From assembly GCA_964016885.1 (NCBI GenBank), contig OZ024740.1:159588001-159652000 (forward strand): 64,000 nt of DNA. Reading direction: 5' to 3'. A program made the position numbers and the translations under genes. How positions within the stretch are numbered: the first letter of the stretch is position 1; the number at the start of each line of letters is the position of its first letter. Origin of the DNA: Eledone cirrhosa. Taxonomy: Eukaryota. Positions 54,237-64,000 of this stretch are shown here, one piece after another. The notes beneath the pieces are model-generated. The model saw only the letters and a program-made list of their open reading frames with translations, was not told the DNA's origin and did no database searches.

Positions 54237-56811
54237 ACACACACACATCCACATACGAGGTACTTGAACACATTAACAGATAAATATGAAAATCTTAAAA
54301 GATGAAAAAATAAGGCTAATAATGCAAACAACATGAACTAATCTGGCAGTTTATTTTTCTCAGAAATAACATACACACAATCAATTAAATAAATGGTGAT
54401 GATAGCTTTTATATTTCATATCTACAATAATGTCTTGTGTTCTTTGAATGTGGTGGGGTATTGGTTTCCTACTACTGTTGTTATTGTTGTGGTTGTTTTT
54501 ATATTGTTGTTATTGTTTCTATTGATGTTGTTGTTATGCTATTATTGGCAATCAATGTTGAATTAGGAAAGTCGTTGTCATAGCATCAGATTAATACTCT
54601 CAACCTTTGTACTAGTTCTCTGTATGATGAGTTCAAATCCTGCCGGGGTCAACTTTGCTTTAAATTCTTTGATAAATAAAGTAGCAGTCCAGGATTGGTG
54701 GATTGGTTGAATTGTTAAAGAGTTACATAGGATGCTTTATAGTACCTGATTTGACTCTGTGATTTCTGAGTTCCAATCCCACTTTCTATTGAAAAGAGTT
54801 GCAACTGGTAAAGAGTAACAAATTGGAAAGACCAAGTTGGCATTAGGATGGTCATCCAGCTATAGAAACCAAGTCAAAATCAGTTCTGTAGGAGAAAGAC
54901 ATGGTCACCTGACCTGGCATCGCTCACAACAGGACAACTCATATAACCCATGCTAGCATGGAAAAATGGACGTTATGCTGTGATTATGATGAATGAAAAC
55001 ATAGTCTCTTTGGTCCAATTTGATACTCGGTTACTTTTCTTTTTTTTAAATTCCAAGTCTACAATGATCAAACAGACAGGTTATCAAAGACATTCCAGCC
55101 ATGACTATCATGATTTTTTTGTCCAAATACAGTATATCTTGGATTACATTATCCAATATAAACATTTTAAATTGACTGGAGAGTGTGGTTTGATAGATGT
55201 TTAGTTGCTATTCCTAGCAGATTAAACACATTATTTAACTGTTTATTTTCATTATGTAGCCTTTGTTTAACCCCTTTGGTACCAACCTGACCAAAACCAG
55301 TTTTGTTTACATGAAAGATCCTCCCATTTTAAAAGGTTCCTATTTGAATAAAAATCTTCCAACACAATTTTATATTAGAACCATATGTTAAGTTACAATC
55401 TTAATTCTAGAAAATCCCTCCAAATTCTTCATTAATTAATTGAAATAGTGTATTTCATAAGAGATAGGATCATAAATTGGTTAAGTTGTTATATTTCTCT
55501 ATCAGAGATCTGCACTTCATTAATATGTTTGAATTTTGTTGATGTCTGATATCTTTTGAGTCTTATATTTTCTCTCTAAATCTACTTAATGTGTGTTAGG
55601 TATTGTTCATCTCATTATATATTTACTAATGTTTCTTGGTATTGTTTTTTTGAACCATAATTTTTGCTGTTTTTTCCTCTCTTTCCAAATCTTATATGTT
55701 TTATAATGCTGATATGGCAGTGAATTGGTAAACTTGTGAGAGCAAATGGGTAGATATAGGCTTTAATAAAATATATATTAGAATATGTTTTTAAAATACT
55801 GTAGTCCCACTACCGTCCCACTATCCCCACCTCATCCACACCACCCCCTTAAATGTGAAGTTATGTTGGTACCACAACATCCAGTCCGAAACAAATGAGG
55901 TCGTGTAGGTGTCACGACAAAAAAAACACACAGTCCACGCTGTAATGTGGCCGTGTAGGTAACACAGTAAAAACCTCCCAGTCCACACTGTAAACGTGGT
56001 TGGTGTTAGGAAGGGCATCCAGCTGTAGAAAACCCGCCAGACAGTCCTATATGAGCAGGACAACAAATCTTGCCTCAAGTGGGAAAACTCCCGTCCAAAC
56101 CCTTGCAAGCGTGGAAGATGGACGTTAAACGATGATGATGATGATGATGATGTAGTATTAAAAAAAAAAAATTGAATGAGCATCAATACTGATGGATAGT
56201 GTCAAAATGTATTTTTTAAAGTAAAAAAGTGGCAGTAACTTCGAAGTTTCAGCCTGATTGCTTCATCTAGTTGCCAGATATATGTATCACTATGTATCAC
56301 TTGAGCTACTACTTGGATTTTTCTGGCTTTTTATACTCTGAATTCAAGCCCCACTGAGATTAACTTTACCTTTCATATTTTTGAGGTCAATCAATAAAGT
56401 ACTAGCTGAGACAGAAGATTTGGTAGAATTGTTAGAGCATTGGATGTGAAGCCTTGTGGTATCTCTTTTGGGCATTTGTATTCTGAGTTCACCTCCAAAG
56501 TCATTAGTATCAAGCTATACCAGCATTTGCATTTATCTTGGTAGCATTTTGAGGGGAAACTTGCATGAGCAACTGTTGGTTTTCCACAAAACACCTTACC
56601 CAGGTTTACATTTTAAAGAGTAACTTTCCAGGTGCATGCCCTTGATCAACTATGCCCCAAACCGGTCTTAGGGTGGTATTTGTGTTTTGAGTAGTGTGTC
56701 TCTCTATATATGTATATATTATATATATATATATAGAGAGAGAGACACAACTAGTTATTGTTGTTTGTTGTAAGTGTTCTTTTTAACTAATTCTCATATA
56801 TGTAATATAAT

Positions 56812-57180
56812 TGTTTCTACTTTTGGCACAAGGCCAGCAATTACCCAGTACATTACTGGTACTTTATTTTATCGACCCCATAAGGATGAAAGGCAAAGTT
56901 AACCTTGGCAGGATTAGATCGTAACTACGCTGGAAAGCATGTCCGACCCTCTACCAATACTACCAATTCACCACCACATATATGTAATATAATTGTTTCT
57001 ACTTTAGGCACAAGGCCAGCAATTACCCAGTGCATTACTGGTACTTTATTTTATCGACCCCGTAAGGATGAAAGGCAAAGTTAACCTCGGCGGGATTTGA
57101 ACTCAGTCCGTAAAGGGACGTAACTATGCTGCAAAGCATGGCGTCCGACCCTCTACCGATACTGCCAATCCACCGCCCTT
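56812..57180 (-). mobile_element. Two tandem SINE copies separated and flanked by the same 14-mer
   Basis: ATATGTAATATAAT at 56798, 56980 and 57181. Confidence 0.85.
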
Positions 57181-57829
57181 ATATGTAATATAATGCTAGT
57201 ATATGTGTGTTGAGCAGGGCCTTTAAATGTAGAGTTCAGCCAGCACATCGGTTTGGGATACGATGAGCCTAGTGGGGCCCATGCATATTTGATGAACCCT
57301 TTCCTCAAATATTAAAATCTTTCATCACCTTTGTGTATTGGTAGGAGCTCTCTGTTACCTATGGTTCAAATGCAGTCATTGTCTACATTGAACAATTCTC
57401 AATGGTCCTGGTTTTGGGTATAATGTGTTCCTCTATACTTGTTTTTCATAATCTTTTACGGCTTAGGTAGAGTCATTGCCCATGACCTTTTGTTTTTCAG
57501 GGACTCCTAGACTGGCTAAAAAAGGGAGGAAATAAAACTGGAAATCTTATCTGAATGCTTGTAACAGAATAAGCTCTGATAAAAGATGCCAAGGACCAGG
57601 TAGTTCTGATGAAACATGGCAATAGATTAAGAAATCTGAATGCAAAGATCTAGAACAAATACTGCAATGCATTTCATTAGAAACTAATAATTCTAAAAAT
57701 CTTCTGCCCTAAACTGGTACTCTATTTCAGCAACCACAACAATGAAAGGTAAAGCTGAACTTGGTAGAATATGCAAATGAAGAGAGCCAGAACAAATACT
57801 GCTAGATATTTTGTCCTATGTTGTAAAGG

Positions 57830-58760
57830 CTCCGTCAATTCACCTCACAAAAGTTATCAGTGATTCATTTGAAACAAACTTAAACATGTCATTGATGACA
57901 CTTTGTGCTTTGCCAAATCTTGAGACTTTATCTAACTGTGTAGTAATTACTTCATGTAGGTTGCTGAAGGTTTTTAACCAGTATCCATTCGTATGATCTG
58001 GACCACTTACTTCCCATTTTGGCATCCTTTACAATTGAGTTTTCACCGTCTCTTTTGTTATTTTAAAGTTTTCTTGCTTCTGTACATCTGGTACCTGTTT
58101 CCCAACCTTCTTTATCTAATCTGCCTTATCATTGTGTTTAACAGATTTTCTCCAAACATTATTTTTAAAAAAGCAATGCGTTCTTCTGCATCTAAACTTG
58201 TTCCTTTTGATTCCTTCCAGTTTCTTAAACAATCTCTCCTGGTTGGGTGGGAAGACTGTATTTTGCATGAATTCATTACTTCTTTCTTTGTTTTTCTTTA
58301 GTTTTGCAAGCTTTGCTTTAACTCCTCCACACCTGCATTACATCTTTTATTCTTCACATGATAATATATTTCCAGTGCTTCTTTTTTTCCATTTTCCATT
58401 TCTTCAAATTGCTTAAATCCTTCCTCAATTTTGTAATACTGTTCTGAATCCCTTTCTTCCACCATGGCTGCTTCTTAGTCTCTTTATGTTTTTTAAGTCT
58501 CAACAAGTCAGCTACATTTGTCCCAGCAAATACTAGGAGGTTTGTATCACTAATGTCTTCTGTTTGTATTGTGCTTATAACAAGCTTTGTTTTCTCTCTA
58601 GTTTTCTTTCTATCATCATCCCAGAGGCTAATTTCTTTAATTTCGCCTATGTTTTCTTGTTTCATCTTCAACGTGTTTATCATCGATGTTGTTTCGAATT
58701 GCCACATATCTGCTGCAATATTCTCTTCATCAAAATCACTAACAGTTTTGCTCTTATTTC
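57830..58760 (-). mobile_element. Decayed R4/Dong-like ORF fragment (pre-RT region)
   Basis: QPWWKKGIQNSITKLRKDLS and PKW..SGPD..NGYWLK resemble R4-clade ORFs. Confidence 0.65.
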
Positions 58761-59079
58761 CTTGAACAATACTTTCAACAGAATCTCACCCATTCTGCTT
58801 TTCATTGTTTTATGCTGTTCTCCCCTAATCTATGTCATTGTTCTGTTCTCTCAGTTTTCCAATCATTCTTTCAACCTCCTCTATTTCTATATATATGACA
58901 GCCAACCTCTTTCTCTTTATTATTATTATTTGAATCTTCCTTTGAATTCTGCTTCTTTCCTATATCTTGCTGAATGTCAACCTGACACCTGAGACAACAT
59001 TTGGTAATACACAGATTTAAAAATTAATTGTATTACAAATAATACCATAAGGGCATAAACAACAATTATAATTATTATT

Positions 59080-60000
59080 GGCATACTGGCAGTATCAGTA
59101 GAATGTTGGGCAACATGCTTTGCAGCACAGAGTTATGTCCCTTTATGTTGTAAGTTCAAATCCCACTTCTCAACGTTAGCTTTATCTTTTATCCTTACAG
59201 AGTTGATTTAATCGACTTTCTTCTCCCACCCAATTATTAGCCATGTGCCTAAATGAGAAACCATTATTGTTCCCTTTACGATCTGAGTTCAAATCCCGCC
59301 GAGGTTGACTTTGCCTTTCATCCTTACGGGGTCGATAAAATAAAGTAGCAGTAATACGCTGGGTGATTGCTGGCCTTGTGCCTAAAGTAGAAACAATTAT
59401 TGTTCTTGTTTTATTATTAATGCCAAAAGGAGGGCAGTGGATTGGCAGAATCGGTAGAGTCAGACACCATGCACAGCTTTGCCTTTCACCCCCCTTATGT
59501 GGTCGATAAAATAAAGCACCAGTAATGCACTGGGGTCGATTTAATCGACTTTCCCCTCCCCAAATATTGCTGGCCTTGTGCCTATAGTAGGAATCATTAT
59601 TAATGTCAAAAGGGCAGTGTTTTAGTGTTTGGCAAAATGTTTTGGAACATTTAGTTATGGCCCTATATTTTCTGAGTTCAAGTCCTGGTGAGGTTAATTT
59701 TCATCCATCCAGGTTCAATAAAATAAATCACCAGTCACGTACTGGGGTTGGCTTGATCGATTTCCCCTTCCCTACATATTGTTGGCCTTGTGCTGCCTAA
59801 AAATCATTATTAATGTTGGACAAACATGCTTATGCTATTTGTTCTGGCACTTTATCTTCTGATTTCAAATGCTGAGATCAACTTTGCCTTTCATTCTTCT
59901 GGGATATTTAAAAGAACGTACAGGTTAAATTACTGGGTCAATTTGATCAACTTTCCCCATCCCTCAAATTACTTAACTGGCATTTAAATTAGAAGCAATT
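59080..60000 (+). mobile_element. Cluster of nested/decayed SINEs
   Basis: Repeated GAGTTCAAATCC...TTTGCCTTTCATCC...GCTGGCCTTGTGCC. Confidence 0.75.
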
Positions 60001-60074
60001 ATTATTGTTATTACACTCCCCAAAAATATGTAACCTTGAGCCTATGTTACAAATTATTTTTATTTTTTAATTTA

Positions 60075-60315
60075 TCACCATCACTGCAGCCACCACCATC
60101 ACTGCAGACACCACCATCACTGCAGACACCACCATCACTGCAGCCACCACCATCACTGCAACCCCACCACCATCACTGCAGCCAGCACCATCACTGCAGC
60201 CACCACCATCACTGCAACCCCACCACCATCACAGCAACCCCACCACCATCACAGCAACCCCACCACCATCACTGCAACCACCACCATCACTGCAACCAAC
60301 ACCATTACCACCGTC
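60075..60315. repeat. Short minisatellite (CACCACCATCACTGCAGC, 15-21 bp units)
   Basis: Seen directly. Confidence 0.9.
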
Positions 60316-60576
60316 ATCATGAAATCTTTTACATTACTTTGACTGTCACTAATCTTGTTATTATTCATGTATGAAAACTCTCTACTGCTATTCATTTTAC
60401 TTGCCTTTTGAACATAGATGCCACTGTGTGTATTGACATGTGTGTGAGTATGTGTCTGTATGTGTATTGTAAACATTATTCAATCAAGCTAGTTACAAAC
60501 TAACAAACTTATTTGAAACATTGTGTATTAGTTTCTCTTTGACTCACACACACTCTCTCTCTTTCTCTCACTCTGT

Positions 60577-60632
<56 letters not shown>

Positions 60633-60832
60633 ATTATTATTATTATCATGTTGTATGCATGTATGTGGTTAAACATATATATATATATGTACATATTTCC
60701 CACTCTATATATATATGTACATATTTCCCTCTCTCTATATATATGTACATATGTACATATTTCTCTATATATATATTATATGTATATGTACATATTTTTG
60801 TATATATATATATATATATATGTACATATTTT

Positions 60833-60878
<46 letters not shown>

Positions 60879-61157
60879 CACTGACACACACATTTTTCTA
60901 TGACTTTAGGTGAGGCAGATTTGTTTATATTTTTTCATTCTTACATTCAAATAGTGTTCAAGGTTGTAATTTTAAAGCAGAACAAATAACATAACAATAA
61001 TAATAATAACAAATATAAATAAACCCAAAACAGTAGAAGTACCTCTTGGGGTGTATGTGCAAAAAGCAATATCTCATTTAGTAAGAGGAAATCTATCATG
61101 TGCAGTGCATTTATACAAATATATATGTATGTATATATGTATAAATATTTATGTATG

Positions 61158-61197
<40 letters not shown>

Positions 61198-61240
61198 TAT
61201 ATATATATACACACACACACATATAGTGTATATATATATA

Positions 61241-61280
<40 letters not shown>

Positions 61281-61312
61281 ATATATATAGTGTGTATATA
61301 TATATATATATA

Positions 61313-61356
<44 letters not shown>

Positions 61357-61527
61357 TATATATATATATATATATATATAGTGTATATATATATATATAT
61401 AGTGTATATATATATATATAGTGTGTATATATATATATATAGTGTATATATATATATAGTGTATATATGTGTATATATATATATATATAGATAGTGTATA
61501 TATATATATATATATATATATGTAGTT

Positions 61528-61585
<58 letters not shown>

Positions 61586-61587
61586 TA

Positions 61588-61621
<34 letters not shown>

Positions 61622-61650
61622 GTGTATATATATATATATATATATATATA

Positions 61651-61694
<44 letters not shown>

Positions 61695-62399
61695 TATATA
61701 TATATATATATAATGTATATATATATATATATATATATATAGTGTATATATATTTTTTAAACATACATATGGATAGCAATATTCTGATATTTTAAATGAA
61801 TGTTTACTGTCAAGGGTTTTGATAAAGTGTATACTTTCAAATTCTGTGATGGCGCACCACAGAATGAATGAATATAAACCGAAATCAGTAACATAATAAA
61901 TGAATTAAACATATAACCTCAAACACATTGACAAATATGTACACACAGATGACTCTACATTAACACTGACATACTCTAACACTATCACACAGACAATACA
62001 GTTTAACTCCAATAATATTGCAACACACACACAGATACTATCATACATAACTAATATATGCACACATCCTATACATACACCAACATACATACACACATAA
62101 CTAATATATGCACACATCTTATAAGTACAGTGACATAAATGCATACATTCATACATCCACTCACACTAATATTACAATATAAACACAAAGATGCTATTAT
62201 CAAGTCACACACAGACCCACTCATACATACACATGCATGCATAATCATATACATCACATACATCCACATTCAAATGGTACACACAAAAGCATTATGATGA
62301 TGGTGATGGAACTTCTGTTGGTTTCAATGATGAGTATTCATTTATTTGATCAATTCAACTATTAGCTATTCAAATTAATGTGTAAATGGCAAAAACAAA

Positions 62400-63010
62400 A
62401 TGCAGGTAAAAATGTTCAAGTATCTTGGGGCCGTGTTCACGACTGATGGAAAGCAGGGAGCTGAATTAAGTGAAAAATTGCTGGTGTAGTAATGAGCCAG
62501 CTTTAGCATTCAGTAATCAGAAGAAAGAAGGTAAACATAAAGGCCAGAATTGCTATCTTCAATTTCGTATTCATGCCAACCTTTATACCTATAGTCATGA
62601 ATCTTTGTAATGACCGAAAGAATGCAATTGTGAATACAAGCGGCCGAAATGGGGTTCCTCTGAAGGGTCTTTGGAGTAACATTACTCAATAGTGTGCATA
62701 CCTTGGAGATCAGAGAGTCACTCCAGATAGAGCCGTTACTTCTCCAAATTGAGAGATCACAGCTCCAATACTATGGACATGTGGTTAGAATGTCTCAGGA
62801 AATAATCACTGGACAGATATTACAAGCAAAACCAGCCAGCAGGAGACCCAGGGGTAGATCCTGAGCATGATGGTTGGATAACATCCGTGAGCTTGGCTGG
62901 TCATGCTTGGGGATCCAGTCAGATGAGTTGGAGATGGTTGATTCTGACAGGACCCACTGGAAGGAGTGTTTGAGGACTTTGCTCCCATAATCCTCTCAGG
63001 AATAAATGAG
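62400..63010 (+). mobile_element. Decayed RTE 3' end; similar 3' end at 51360-51550
   Basis: FKYLGAVFT, IQAAEMGFL and YGHVVRM coding. Confidence 0.75.
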
Positions 63011-63343
63011 CAAAGAAGTATAAATGGCTGAATGTTCCACAAATATGTGTACTTTAATGTAATTCTCAGGTAGAATTAACATGACGCTATATGTGACAAG
63101 GCTGAACCTTTGATTTACAGGTAGAGTTCATCTCATAGGGTTTCTTTTAGGTTAAATCTATCCCAATTTCAATACATGGCTTATGTCAATGTGAGGCTAT
63201 GGTAAAAACTTTACCCCAAGTTACCACACAGTTAGATTGAACCTGAGACCTCATGATTGCAAATACAAAGTTTTTAACCACTCAACCATGCTTGTGTCCA
63301 TTCAATAAAAATATCTAATTGCACAAAATCACTCACACACATA

Positions 63344-64000
63344 TATAACAAAATACTGGATTGTATGAATATAACAAAGCACTAGGTTGTGTATATAACG
63401 TTTAATTAACAATTTGCAGTTATGTAGAACAGTATAGTTGACATGTCAATGAAAGTAGATGAAAGAATGAAGTAAAGTTATTTGTTACCGTTTTGAAGTT
63501 AGCTCGCAAGAGGCCATGTTAGGGTTGCCAGACGAACGTGCCTGGACGATATATGCATGCAAAAATCAATGATAGATATCAAGGTAGCCAACCGCTCTTG
63601 GCCAGAGAACTATCTATCCATCACTCAAAGATACAATGTAATCAAAGTAAAAGAAGAGGTCAAAGTTCAAATGTTCAAAATACAGTTCACACGTGTGCAA
63701 TCACATGACAGCAGGAAAGAAAGTGTGTTCTAGAGAATGAATGCAGGTAGTTTCTGGTCTGTGGTATAACGTGAAATTTCCAACCTCTGAAGGGATTTTC
63801 TCACAGGAACAGTGCTGCAAAAATAAATTCTCTGGCTTGTTCTGCTGGTTTTGGTTGTTGATGAAGCTGTCTTGCTGTTGATGTTGTTGTCTCGCGGAGT
63901 GAGCGTATTCGATGCTGTTTAAATTCACATCGGGGTCACCACTTATAACAAAATACTGGATTGTATGAATATAACAAAGCACTAGGTTGTGTATATAATG
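63344..64000. repeat. Unclassified element with a 55 bp direct repeat at exactly 600 bp period (runs off window)
   Basis: TATAACAAAATACTGGATTGTATGAATATAACAAAGCACTAGGTTGTGTATATAA at 63344 and 63944. Confidence 0.75.

Noticed and set aside
57600-57660. CTGATGA...GAAA hammerhead-like spacing
   Set aside because: Stem III pairs, but stems I and II do not.

Overview
AT-rich animal genomic DNA, most likely an octopod/cephalopod mollusc (inferred from repeat families and microsatellite load, not proven). The window is almost all intron/repeat. One clear host exon is present: a beta-1,4-galactosyltransferase (B4GALT/bre-4 family) exon at 13792-14033 (+), with a non-canonical GC donor. The rest is (TA)n-type microsatellites, five 5'-truncated copies of a young RTE LINE with a PHD finger inside its RT, other RTE, R4/Dong, CRE and Tx1-like relics, tRNA-derived SINEs, a 4.4 kb minisatellite and five long fold-back inverted repeats. 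Most ORF-track entries are microsatellite noise. Most striking: two neighbouring fold-backs (1556-1859, 2923-3478) carry strand-specific G.T mismatches. In the first they can be polarised as A-to-G against sibling copies in this window; in the second they run 24 G.T to 1 A.C with ADAR-like neighbour context. This looks like A-to-I hyper-edited dsRNA written back into DNA. Several short (TA)n-embedded elements also carry type I hammerhead ribozyme motifs, one with a compensatory U3-A8 core.
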